Positions 14,410 to 27,437 of a stretch of DNA of 64,000 bases are shown here, piece by piece. The translations under genes and the position numbers were made by a program. Positions within the stretch are counted from its first letter, which is position 1. Each line of letters starts with the position of its first letter. Source of the DNA: the human T2T-CHM13v2.0 reference genome, Homo sapiens. The notes below the pieces were generated by a model that saw only the letters and a list, made by a program, of their open reading frames with translations, was not told the origin of the DNA and did not search any database. The stretch lies in assembly GCF_009914755.1 (NCBI RefSeq), contig NC_060927.1; one strand, given 5' to 3'.

Positions 14410-15350
14410 ATATAGTTTAACAAATGTTTATTTAGTTTCTACAAGGTGCTACAGTTTTAGGCAAGGTAGATAAAGAAATGAAAGTGGCAAACAAGGTCCG
14501 CATTCTCTGCATATCTCATGTTCTGGATGTATGTGATATGGATTATAGGGAGAGAGGAGGCAAAAGGTAGGAGAAAAGAGGAAATAAAATACATGTAATT
14601 AACAAGGAAACACATTTTAAAACAATTTCAAATAGTGATAAGTGCTATGAAGACAATAACTTAGGGTGAGCTGATAAAGATGAAATTGGTAGAGATCTTA
14701 TACTAGGTGGGTGCTATAGCCCAAAAGTTTGCGCCCCCACCCCCAGTAAATTTGTATGTTGAAATCCCAACCCCCAACACAATGGTATTAGGAGGTGAGG
14801 GCTTTTGGGAAGTGATTTGGCCTCTGCCCTCCTGAGTGGGATTAGTGCGCATATAAAATAGGCCCAAGAGAGCTTGTTCACCCTTCTACCACGTGAAGAC
14901 ACGGCTAGAAAGCTATGAACCAGGAAAAAGGTGGGCACCTTGAGCTGAGACTTCTCAGCCTCCAGAACTATGAGAAATAAGTTTCTATTGATTATAACCT
15001 ACCTAGTCTATGGTACTTCATTATAGCAGACTGAGCTGACCAAGAATGAGCACAGAAGAGAGATAAAATAAGGAAGTGATATTTGGCCTGATTCCTAAAT
15101 TATCAACTTACAAACAGCAAGACATATAAAAATTCAAGCAGTAAAGTAGCAAAGACAAAGACCTCAAGGTGGAAACCAGCTTGGAGGATTCTAGAAAAAG
15201 CAAGAAGATCTGTATAACAGAGGCATGGTGACCAAAATGGGGGTGTTGCAAGATAAAATTGTAAGAATTGGTAAGATCACGTAAGGAAGATAATTTAAGT
15301 TTGCACAGTGTACATAAACAGTTTGGATTCTAGAAAGACTGATTTGAAGC
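14410..15350 (-). mobile_element. L2 LINE fragments flanking an MLT1 LTR
   Basis: TTTAACAAATGTTTATTTAG L2 3' end in antisense; AATAGTGATAAGTGCTATGAAG. Confidence 0.55.
14712..15046 (+). mobile_element. MaLR solo LTR (MLT1A/A0-like)
   Basis: TGCTATAG start, TGTTGAAATCCCAACCCCC, CAGCCTCCAGAACTATGAGAAATAAG. Confidence 0.85.
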
Positions 15351-15361
15351 CATGATAAGGA

Positions 15362-15664
15362 TTTTTTTTTTTTTTTTTTTTTTTTTGAGACGGAGTCTGG
15401 CTCTGTCGCCCAGGCTGGAGTGCAGTGGCGTGATCTCGCCTGACTGCAACCTCCGCCTCCCGGGTTCACTCATTCTCCTGCCTTAGCCTCCCCAGCAGCT
15501 GGGACTACAGGCGCCGCCACCATGCCAGGCTAATTTTTTGTATTTTTAGTAGAGATGGGGTTTCACCGCATTAGCCAGGATGGTCTCGATCCCCTGACCT
15601 CGTGATCCCCCGCCTCGGCCTCCCAAAGTGCTGAGATTGCAGGCGTGAGCCACCTCGCCCGGCC
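15362..15664 (-). mobile_element. AluY
   Basis: Pure poly-T; TTAGCCAGGATGGTCTCGATC Y-type; TSD ATGATAAGGATTT. Confidence 0.97.
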
Positions 15665-16479
15665 TATGATAAGGATTTCTGTATACCCTCACCATACGTT
15701 AGTGAAACAAAACTTTATTTTTATATTGATTCAAGAAGCAATGATTAAGGAACTCCTACATGCCAGAGTCTGAAGTTGAGGGAGAAGGTAGAGAGGAACA
15801 GACTTGGTGTTTGTCCTCTAAGAATTTATAGAGTGAGAGAAAAGGAAGTGCTAAATTCCCTAAGTACATACATTTATTCAGTATTATGGATATTCTAAGA
15901 AGGGATATAACTTCCATTGTGTAAAATCTTTGTATATGATATATCATGTAATTTTAGCTTTGAAATATAGGTATTATTTGAGCATGTTGAAATGGAAAGT
16001 GTAGGGTACTAAAAATAAAGACAGAAGGAAAAATGTAAGGCCTTTTATGGAATACAGGGAGTTTCATTTATCCATGTGTTGATAATACAGTCCGTATATG
16101 TGAGGTAGTGACAGAAAATGTATTCATTCCCTCAGTGAATATTTATTGAGCAAGTACTATGGGAAGAACCATCCTAGCTGCTCGTGAACTGTATTGAATG
16201 AAATTAAAATCTGTCTTCTTAATGGAGCAGTCCAGCAGGGGGAGACAGATAATAAACAAATGAGTATAGAATACAAGGGCGTGATATTGTAGGTGGTTAA
16301 ACTTTTACGAAGGGTGGTCAATAAAGGTCTCTGTAATAAGTGGCATTAGAGAAGAGACCTGAAGGACATAACAGAGGGACTCGTGTGAACATCCGGGGAA
16401 AGGTCATCAAAGCAGAGGAAACAGTAGGTGGGCATGCCCTAAAGTGGGAAAACACCGGAAATGTTCAACAAAAAGTGTT

Positions 16480-16783
<304 letters not shown>

Positions 16784-16802
16784 GGCGTAAAGAGAATGTT
16801 AC

Positions 16803-17052
16803 GGCCGGGCACAGTGGCTCACACCCGTAATCCCAGCACTTTGGGAGGCCGGAGCGGGCGGATCACCAGGTGAGGAATTCGAGACTATCCTGGCTAACAT
16901 GGTGAAACCCCATACAAAAAATTAGCCGGGCGTGGTGGTGCACGTCTGTAGTCCCAGCTACTCGGGAGGCAGAGGTTGCAGTGAGCCGAGATCGCGCCAC
17001 AGCACTCCAGCCTGGCAACAGAGCGAGACTCCATCTCAAAAACAAAAAAAAA
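16803..17052 (+). mobile_element. Alu (Sc/Y-like) with two internal deletions
   Basis: Alu body lacks GTCTCTACTAAAA and the TGAGGCAGGAGAATCGCTTGAACCCGGGAGGC segment. Confidence 0.93.
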
Positions 17053-17567
17053 GTGTAAAGAGACTTTTATAACTTAAATATTAGAAGGGAGCAGACAAGT
17101 AACAGGAGATGAGGTCAGAGAGGTGGAGTGGGAGGAGGAGATATAGACACTCAGTACCGTGTAGGTAAAAAGCAAAATGGGAAGCCATTGGACGATAATG
17201 AACAAAACAGTAGAAATAGCTGACTTTTATTGTCAAGGGACACTATGACTATGGTGTCGAGAAGAGTCAAAGAAATCGGGGCCAGGACAAAAGCAGAAAG
17301 ACCAAATAGTGGGCTACTGAAGTTTTCCAGGTATGAGGTAATGGTGACTTGGAGCTGGGAGTTTATGGAGGAAGTGATGAGAATGGTTAAAATCCTGGAT
17401 GTACTTTGAACTGATTGGATTTCATAATGAATCAAATAATGCACAAGAGAGGAATAAGATTGACACCAAGTTTTGTAGCCAAAGTAACTCGAAGAATAGA
17501 CTTGCTATTCTTTTGGATGAGGGAGAACAAGTATTTGTTAGGCAAACTAGATGTCAGTTTTAGACAT

Positions 17568-17942
17568 TGTCTTAGTCAGTTTGGACACCTAAAATAAGTT
17601 AACCACAGATGGCTTGAACAACAAACATTTGCATTTCACAGTTCTACAAGCTGGGAAGTCCAAGATCAAGGAACTATTGGCTTTAGTTTCTGGTTAGGCC
17701 ACTCTTCCTGGTTTGTAGATGTCAATATTTTTATTGTATTCTCATGTGGCTGAAAGCAGAGAAAAAGGTAACTTTGTCTGATCTTTTAATAAGGGCATTA
17801 ATCCTATCATGACAGCCTTATTCTCATGACCTAATCCAACCCTACTTACCTACAAAAGGCCCAATCTCCAAACACCAGGAAATTGGGGATTAGAATTTCA
17901 ACATATAAATTTTGAAGGGACATCAACATTCAGTTCATAAAA
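17568..17942 (-). mobile_element. MaLR solo LTR (MLT1A0-like)
   Basis: TGTCTTAGTC start; 5-bp TSD GACAT at 17563-17567 and 17943-17947. Confidence 0.88.
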
Positions 17943-20073
17943 GACATAGTAAGTTTGTGATGCCTATTTATAACTAAGTGGAGATTTTGAATAGGCAGCT
18001 GGATTATATGAGTGATATGTGAGGCTAGAGCTCAAGAAAAATGGCCGGGCTAAAAATAAAAATTGGAAAATCATCAGGAGATACATGCTATTTAATGCCT
18101 TGTCATTGGATGATATGAACAATGGGGAAAGTCTATGTAGAGAACAGAAGGCGGCCTAAAATTGAGCCCTGTGTCACTGCAAAATTTAGAGTTCAGAAAG
18201 AAAGACAGAATGAGCAAAGGAGAAAAGAAATGCCAGTAAAGAGTGAAGTAATAGGAGAGTCAAAAGAATTAGAATCCCAAACACTAAGTGAAGCAAAGAG
18301 AAAGTGGTCATCTATAACAAATACTCTTAAGTAATTTGAGAACTGAAAAGTGATCATTAAATTTAGCAGTGGAGAAGTAACTAGTGACCTTAACAAGAGG
18401 AGTCTGAATAGACTGGTAAAAGTTAAAAGTTCAGGAAAGTAGGGCCAAGAAAGAAAAATTGGAGAAGAATTAGTGAAGATTAACTCCTTCGGGGTCATAA
18501 CAAGTGGCAAAGAAATGGGAGAGTAGCTGGAAAAGAAGAAATGGACAATAAAAGATTTGTCTTAGACAGGAGATAGGTTAATATAATTGTAGGCTGTTGG
18601 CAATGGCCCAGTTGAGAGAAATGAGACAAGGAGAATTGCAGAAGTGATGTATTGAGTACAAAGCTTATGTATAAAAGTTGGTATCTAATGCATTAATGGT
18701 TTATTCATACTTATAAGATGGAAAGCAGAATGTATTTGTATTAACATTCACAGGTAAGTAGATATGGTAATGGAAACTTGCAGAAATTCTTTTCCATTTC
18801 CTTTTTTCTTCTCAGTGAAAGAGAAAGCAATTTTATTAGCTGAGAGTTAGCCTGGGAAGGAAGTGATTGTGGTAGTTTGAGGAGAGAGAAGTTTTAAGAG
18901 TCCTCTAAAGGAGAAAGATAAAGAACGAAGTACTTTTCCCTAAATGGATCCTGGTTCAGAACAAAATGTCTACTTGAGATTAGTAGGCATGCATTTTAAG
19001 GGGTATCATTAAGTAATGTGTGTATGTTTTCCTCCAGCATGACTTTAGGTCAACATAGGAGGAGCCCTGAGTTTAATCAACTTCAGTTTTGTAAGATTAG
19101 TAGGATGAGAAGGCCAGTATGATGCATGGATGGACTCTAAGCTTGAGAGGGACAAGATGGGACATAAATTTAGTGAGCCAGAGGTGGTGAAGATGTTAAA
19201 GTGATTGATATTAATAAAGTCTAGCTATGAATACACACATATCCAAAACTAAAGTGGCTATTCCTCTTGTTTCCAACTCAGGAATAAAAGGTAAAATCTA
19301 GTTTTTCAAAAGAGAAAGTGGTGAAACCACTAGTATGTTAACATCTCTGAAGTAAACAATCATATTGAATGCTAGTACATATAAACAGATTTTTAATGGC
19401 AGCATGGAACATTGCTGGCTGGTCTGATTAGCATAATTTTGTTCGTGTTCAGTTCTTACTGAATATATTTCATTTGAATTCAGAGGAATAAGTCAAAACT
19501 TTAAAACAAAGCCAGCATGCAATTTCCCTGTTTATATGTTTATACAATTTTTGTGACAAAGTGTTGTGACAAAACCACAGCTTTCAGTGGGTGCATGGAG
19601 GTTTAAGTGGTTTCATCTCAAACTGGAACCAGATGTGAGAAGTGGTGAAGTTACCAAATGTCATATTACAAAACCAAAACAAAACCGCTGTTCAATGTCT
19701 TCGTCTTTGCAAAGCACCAAAATGATGTGTTTCAAGGATCAGCAAAGATCTGAATGAAATTTGTCTTCAGTGGGAATTAGGATTTAATCCAAGACCAGTA
19801 AAGGATTAAATTGTCAAGGGATTTGGGTGAAATATGTGTAGATTTCAGAGGAAACTGTGTCAACTGTTGACCAAACTCATGGAGCCTGATGATTAATCAT
19901 GTTGAAGTCTTTTCACTGTTCTACAAACACCGTGCTTATATCCACTTTGACATTCTGCTTCTTTTATATCCCCTAGTGAAACTACTTTTTCCTTTCATCG
20001 GTTTCATTACTCCTCATCATTAATGATGCAACTCAAATTCAGTTCTCGTATAACACTTTGCATGCATACTACG

Positions 20074-20205
20074 CTCCTTTCTGTAGATGATCTAATGATC
20101 AACTAATCCCCATTTTTTTATAAAAAGGCAAAATATGTCACTCTTTTCTGTAGATTATCTAATGATCATCTAATCTCCTCATTTTATAAATGGGCAAAAT
20201 ATGTG
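20074..20205. repeat. Tandem duplication, 2 x ~67 bp (MIR-derived)
   Basis: CTGTAGAT(G/T)ATCTAATGATCA.CTAATC...GGCAAAATATGT at 20081 and 20148. Confidence 0.85.
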
Positions 20206-20572
20206 TCAGAGATCCAAAGACTTGGAAAAGTCACATAGCTTACTTGAGGTTTATGATTTCTTTAAATTCCTAAAACTTTATCTGTAACACAATCTTTATC
20301 TTAACTACCTGTTTATAAACATCCAATGTGTGAACAATGTAATCCTGTGTTGAATATTAGGGGCACTACCCATTAAAAATCCTAAAACGTGAGCAATATT
20401 TCTTGAGTGCCACAATCTGTTCTCTACATTGGTACTTTTATCATAGGCCCGGAAATATGGGAAGAAATAGCACTACTTCCCATGTTTTTTAAACTGGAAT
20501 TAGATCTGAAATGAGCACTTTGGTTTGACAGGTTCTCTAATATTGCCCTATAAACTATTTGTATTATTGTGG

Positions 20573-20931
20573 TGTTTTAGTTCATTTTGACTGCTTTAAC
20601 AAAAATGCCAAAAATTGTGTGGCTTATCAACAATTAAGACATATTTCTCACAGTTCTGGAGGCTGAAATGTCCAATATCCAGAAACCAGCATATTGGTGT
20701 CTGGTGAGGGCCCATTCCTCATAAAGGATGTCCTCTTGCTGCATCTTTACATGGTGAAAGGGACTAGCTAGCTCCCTGGAGTCTCTTTTTTAAGGGCACA
20801 AATCCCATTCATGACGATTCTGCCCTCATGATCTATTCACCCGCCAAAGCCCTATCTTCTAGTATTATCTCATTGGGGACTGGGTTTTATCACATGAATT
20901 TGAAGAAGATACAAACATTTAGACTATGACA
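20573..20931 (-). mobile_element. MaLR solo LTR (MLT1A0-like)
   Basis: TG...CA termini; 5-bp TSD TGTGG at 20568-20572 and 20932-20936. Confidence 0.9.
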
Positions 20932-21101
20932 TGTGGTATTAAAAACCCCGAATTTTCTATTGTCTCTTATCACCTATTCAACCAGGAAAGAATAATAAGA
21001 TAAATTTTACTATCCCCTGGACATAAGATTTCAAAATAATGTCTAGTCACTTGGAATCTGGTAGTGACATAGAAAACAAAATAATCTGGGAATCTAAAAT
21101 G

Positions 21102-21161
21102 TCTTAATAATGAATATATATACACACATACATATATATTCATATATATTCATTATTAAGA
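21102..21161. repeat. Perfect inverted repeat, 20-bp arms, 20-nt spacer
   Basis: TCTTAATAATGAATATATAT / ATATATATTCATTATTAAGA. Confidence 0.9.
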
Positions 21162-22119
21162 AACTAAGAAAATAAATATACATGCATTACATATATATTC
21201 TTATAGACACATATACATATATATCATGTATCACATAAACCTATAATAACTAAAACTCAAAAAAGCAAAATAATTTGCGTACAATCACCCTGCGTATAAC
21301 TAAAGTCAGAAACCCAGCTGTAAGACCAATGTTAGCGTCATTGCCATTTGTTTTAGTTTCCCAGGCCAAGATTCTACCACCGTCTGATCAGTCTCTTCTC
21401 TATAATAGTGATAAATTCCTTTTAGGGTTGTTATTTGTAAAGGATTCTAAAATAAGGGGAAATAATTATTTTTTTCTCTTGAAAAATTTAAGTGCCTCAC
21501 AGGACATGGCATGAAATAAGAAAATGTAAGTGGCACCCAAATATGACTAAATGAGTCAGCCTTCTTACTCATATCCTGGAAGTCATGTTGCGATGTATTC
21601 AGGATATCATTCGGCTCAAACACTTATAAATAGCTCCTAAGTGACTGTTTGATTTCCCGACTTCCCCTAAGGATGACTGGCTTCAATATGTAATCCTTAT
21701 ACAAATTAGCAGATTTAAGTTAACTCCAAGGTTAGCAATAGTCAAGGGTATAAGGATTTAAGGTAACAATACCACCAACATTGAGAAGTCACGTATGAGG
21801 CCTTCAAGATCAAAGATTACTACTTCACCAAATTCATTTCTCATCTCTCTTCTTTCCATTCTCTAAATTTATAATTTTCTTAGATACCATTACCATTAGT
21901 TATATTCACTAGTATTCTCTAAATAAGAAATCAGATCTGGATCCTATACTTCAACAGTTCATAGAATAAACAGTAATATATACTGATTACCTAATATGAG
22001 CTATGTACCATGCTCAGTTCTGAAGATATAAAAATGATAAAATGATTTTCTTTGAGAGTTTTGCATTATGGCAATTCTGTAACACTTAGAAAAGAATAAA
22101 ATATGTAATCATCTTAAAA

Positions 22120-22700
22120 TCTCTAAGCAAATATCTCATGAGCATCTCAGATTTAAATGTCCTCGTCAAATATAATCCCCAGCACCATCAATCAAGTTTT
22201 CTAAAATATATCCATTCACCAACAGATCCTGTTGATTTTACCTCCACTGGTTTTAAATATGTAAAATATACACTATTCTTCATCTCTTGTGCTGTCATCT
22301 TAATCTGAGCCACTATTCTTTTTCACTAGGATTCCTACAATAATCTCTTTAGATCTTTTTCCTCTTCTACTGTTTCATCCTCCTCATCAATTTTCCATTA
22401 CATTAGGGATATTTATTAAAATTATAAATGATCTATCTGTATCCATGAAGCCATCAATATTCTTTTCATTTCATTTAGGCTAAAAAAAAGTAAATCATTA
22501 CCCTATTCTACAGCACCATGAATGCCAATCCTTATACTGTTCCTCCAATCCTATTTCCTTCCAACTTTCTTCTCACTTTTTATGTTCCAGACATTACAGA
22601 TTTCTTTCTCCTTCTCATCTACTCAACTCTTTTTCTATCTTACAGTCTTTACAGGTATTATGTCCTGTGCCTGGAAATCCCTTTCCTGTTCTTTATTGCT
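22120..22700 (+). mobile_element. L2 fragment
   Basis: TCCTGTTGATTTTACCTCC and GCATCTCAGATTTAAATGTCC L2-like segments. Confidence 0.55.
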
Positions 22701-24448
22701 GCTAATTTCTTCTTAATTTCTTCTCAACAATATATTTCAGCTCCATCTTACACTAAAAAGGAGGAGCTCAAGAAACAAAATACTTTCCTTTTCTCCATAG
22801 AAAAAATACAAGCTGTTGTGTTTCTAAGGACCAAGGCCTTATTAATTCAGAATAAAGGCAAATCATTTCTAGGAAATGTTAACAGTTGAACCCTCTCTTG
22901 ATGGCAGAAAATAAGCTAAAATCTCTCTCTTTTTTCTGTAATAAACTAAATGAGAAGGGGTGAACCTGGAGGAGATTTAAAGAAGGACAAAGAGTACTGG
23001 ATCTCAAATTTGGATTTAAGGAGTGATTCAGAGATCAGCCAGTGACCTGTAAGCACCAAGACAATGGACTGGAAGGAATAACAGCCCATTGTCTTGACGT
23101 TTGCAGGGCCACTGGCTGAGGACAGCATGCATTTGCTCAGACCTGTGCAAGTCTTGGGCAATAGTTTCAGTCTAAGTGTCCAAGAATATTTGACCAAGGC
23201 AAGATAAAATTGTAGTTACACCTCTGATGATTAAACTTAGTGTTTGACCTTAAGTACATCACTTTATCCTTACATAGGTCATCATTTAAAGTGATAATCT
23301 CAAAGATTCTTTAACTGTCTAGAGGTTCTAAAAGCTTAAATTCCTGTTAAAACTTTTTTTCAGTCTATGGTGTCTTTGTTTATCATATAGGGCAACATGA
23401 ACTGGAAATTCCTTTGGAAAAAAGCCAGTAATTCGGCTACATTAGGTTTATTTTACCTTACTATCATTTTATCCCATATTTGAGAAGCCAGAAAAGTACC
23501 TGGTGTAGTATTCACTCTGTCCTGTTCCCATCAGGTGACTTCAAAATGATTGCACCAGACACAGGTTACAGATCATGCATATGTTTTCAAACAATAAAGA
23601 TGTAATTTTAGAAACAGCTGAGAAGTTACCCTGTCCTTGTTCTTCAATTAGCTATAACGTTGCTGGGCTGGAAATCTACTTGGAGCAGTCCCTCATGCCT
23701 AGTTAGTTTTGCTTGTCAGTCTATATGATAGGTCTCTGGATGCCAGGAGAACATGTCAACCCCAGAAAGTGATTTTATGAGGAAGCCCAATTTAACTTTT
23801 ATGTTTTCACTCAGGCAGTCATTATTTATACTAATAAAAGATTTCAAAATTGACTTACAATGTCAAGTGTATAAGGATGCCAGTGTTTTGGTGGTCTGAA
23901 CAGTGAATCAAAGGGGTTAATAAGAATCCAGTGCATGCCACTGTTCATTGAGCTGCCTGGTTTGACAGCACAGCATACTTTTGAATGTCAACTCAACTTT
24001 TAAAAATAACTTGGACTCTTAAACCCTTAGGTCTGTATAATAATTTATAGACATCAGATTAGAATCCCATAGAGTGCTTTGGAAATTTATTTAGGTGGCC
24101 TTTATTCCAGGAAAATCTCATCATGTAAGTTTGATAGCTAAAACTGTGTTAAATGTTCCAGGCAATTGCCTGCTAACTTGAAATCGTGTACACTCAATAT
24201 AAAAATGATAGCCACTAAATTTTCAAGGAAAATATGACAGATTTTATTTTCTTATTGAAGTCAGTGTTTATACCCTAAGCTCAAGGATCCAAAGAATTAA
24301 AAGCAGAATAGGATCAGACACAATCTGACCCACTCTATATTTTTTGTATAAGAAAACTGAGACTAGGAAGGGGAAAGTGGTGAATATGATTACACAGTCA
24401 TTTATTACAGACCTAAGAATAAAACACGACTTCCTTTACCCAGTGCTC

Positions 24449-24734
24449 TTTTTTTTTTTTTTTTTTTTTTTTTTGAGACAGAGTCTCGCTCTGTCGCCCA
24501 GGCTGGAGTGTGCAGTGGCGCGATCTCGGCTCACTGTAAGCTCCGCCTCCCGGGTTCAAGCCATTCTCCTGCCTCAGCCTCCGAGTAGCTGGGACTACAG
24601 GCTCGCCACCACGCCCGGCAAATTTTTGTTTGTTTGTTTGTTTGTTTTGTATTTTTAGTAGAGACAGGGTTTCACCATGTTAGCCAGGATGGTCTCGACC
24701 TCCTGACCTCATGATCCGCCTGCCTTGGCCTCCC
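24449..24734 (-). mobile_element. AluY, 5'-truncated, with a (TTTG)n expanded linker
   Basis: 15-bp TSD ACCCAGTGCTCTTTT at 24438 and 24735; about the first 40 nt of the Alu are absent. Confidence 0.96.
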
Positions 24735-26593
24735 ACCCAGTGCTCTTTTAATTGCACCTCAGCTCACACCAAGTCTAACTATACATAAAAGTGTTTATGT
24801 CACAGGATGTGAAGTTTCGACCTCCAGTTCTGGCATATCAAATACTAAAGTGAGACAAATTATTTTTTCACTCACATAAAGGTAAAACAAAGAAAGTTTT
24901 GATGGAAAACAATTCCCAAAATATATACTGAATCATTAATAATCTATATATCCATAAATATATATTGAATCATAAAATCATTAATAATCTCTTACTGAAA
25001 TCAATTTATCACTGAAGTGCTAATAAAATTGCCATCTTTAAATGATGGATTTCAAGTAAAAAGGAAAATAACCTGAAAGGAAAGGAACTCAGTCGTTCTC
25101 TAAGGATATTTAATGAAATCTAACCAGGTACCATTTTTAAATGGTAACTATGTTAATATTTTAACATTTAACATTTTAACATCTGTCAAGATAAAACAAG
25201 AAGTGATAGCAAAAACACTTGAAAGAAAATGGCCTCCTTATTGAGTTTTTCAATTTATTAGCTCATACTATCTTGCATTATAGTTTATAATTTTTTTAAC
25301 TTTTATTTTAGTTCAGGGGAACCTGTGCAGGTTTGTTACATAGGTAAACTTGTGTCATCGGGGTTTGTTGTACAGATTATTTCCTAACCCAGGTATTATG
25401 CCTAGTACCTATCAGTTACTTTTCCTAACCCTCTTCCTCCTTCTACCCACTCGGCTCCCATAGACCCCAGTGTGTGTTATCCCCTCTTTGTGTCCATGTG
25501 TTCTCATCATTTAGCTCTCACTTATAAGTAAGAACACGGGGTATTTGGTTTCCTGTTTCTGCTTTAGTTTGCTAAGGATCATGGCCTCTAGCTCCCTCCT
25601 GTCCCTGCAAAGGACATGATCCCATTCTTTTCTATGGCTGCATAGTATTCCATGGTATATATGCACCATCTTTTCTTTATCCAGTCTATCGTTGATGGGC
25701 ATTTAGGTCAATTCCTTGTCTTTGTGATGCATGCAGTGAACATACATGTGCATGTGTCTTTATAACAGAATGATTTATATTCCCCTGGGTGTAGACCCAG
25801 TAATAGGATTACTAGGTCAAATGGTATTTTTGTCTCTAGATCTTTGAGGAATTGCCGCACTGTCTTTCACAATGGTTGAATCAATTTACAGTGCCATCAA
25901 CAGTGTATAGCATTCCCTTTTCTCCACAACCTCAATAGCATCTGTTGTTTTTTGACTTTTAATAATAGCAACTCTGACTGGTGTGAGATGGTATTTCATT
26001 ATGGTTTTGATTTGCATTTCTCTAATGATCTCTGAAGCTGAGTTTTTAAATTAGATCCCATTTGTCAATTTTTGCTTTCATTGCAATTGCTTTTGAAGTC
26101 TTCTTCATGAAATGTTTGCCCATGCCTATTTCCTGAATGGTATTGTCTAGGTTGTCCTCCAGAGTTTTTATAGTTTTGGTTTTTACATTTAAGTCTTTAA
26201 CCCATGTTGAGTTAATTTTTGTATATGATGTAAGGAAGGGGCCAGTTTTTATCTTCTGCATATGGCTAAATTCTGCCAGCAACGTTTATTGAATAGGGAA
26301 TCCTTTCCCCATTGATTGTTTTTGCCAGGTTTGTTAAAGATCAGAAAGCTATAGGTGTGCAGTCTAATTTCTGCGTTCTCTATTCTTTTCCATTGATCTA
26401 TGTGTCTGTTTTTGTACCTGGACCATGCTTTTTGGTTACATTAGCCCTGTAGTATAGTTTGAAGGAGGTTAGCATGATGCCTCCAGCTTTGTTTTGTTCT
26501 GTTTTTGGTATAGGATTGTCTTGGCTATTCAGGCTCTTTTTTGGTTCCACATGATTTTTTTAAATCATTTTTTCTAGTTCTGTGAAATGTTTA

Positions 26594-26948
<355 letters not shown>

Positions 26949-27213
26949 AGAATACTATAAATTGCTTTGGGTCATATGGCCATTTTCACAATATTGATTC
27001 TTTCCATGCATGAGCATAGAACGTTTTTCCGTTTGTTTCTATCATCTTTGATTTCTTTAAGCAATGTTTTGTAATCCTTCACATAGAGATTCTTCACCTC
27101 CCTAGTTAGCTGTATTCCTAGGTATTTTATTCTTTTTGTGGCAACTGTTAATAGGAATTCATTCCTGATTTGGCTGTCAACTTGATTGTTGCTGGTGTAT
27201 AAGAATGCTAGTG

Positions 27214-27251
27214 GGCAACAGAGCGAGACTCCGTCTCAAAAAAAAAAAAAA
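27214..27251 (+). mobile_element. Extremely 5'-truncated Alu (~24 bp plus poly-A)
   Basis: GGCAACAGAGCGAGACTCCGTCTC-A(n) flanked by a perfect 13-bp TSD AAGAATGCTAGTG (27201, 27252). Confidence 0.93.
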
Positions 27252-27349
27252 AAGAATGCTAGTGACTTTTGCACATTGATTTTGTAAACTGAGACTGCTG
27301 AAGTTGTGTATCAGCTTAAGATTTGAGGCTAGGACTATTAGGGTTTTTT

Positions 27350-27437
27350 GGTTTGTTTTGTTTTTGAGACAGGTTCTCACACTGTCGCCCAGGCTGGAGT
27401 GCAGTGGCGCAATCGTGGCTCACTGCAACCTCCGCCT
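27350..27437 (-). mobile_element. 5'-truncated Alu fragment
   Basis: Alu 3' end; TSD TATT(A/G)GGGTTTTTT at 27336 and 27438. Confidence 0.9.

Noticed and set aside
18745-18760. Strong donor CAG|GTAAGT
   Set aside because: Inside an antisense L2 relic, with no convincing paired acceptor
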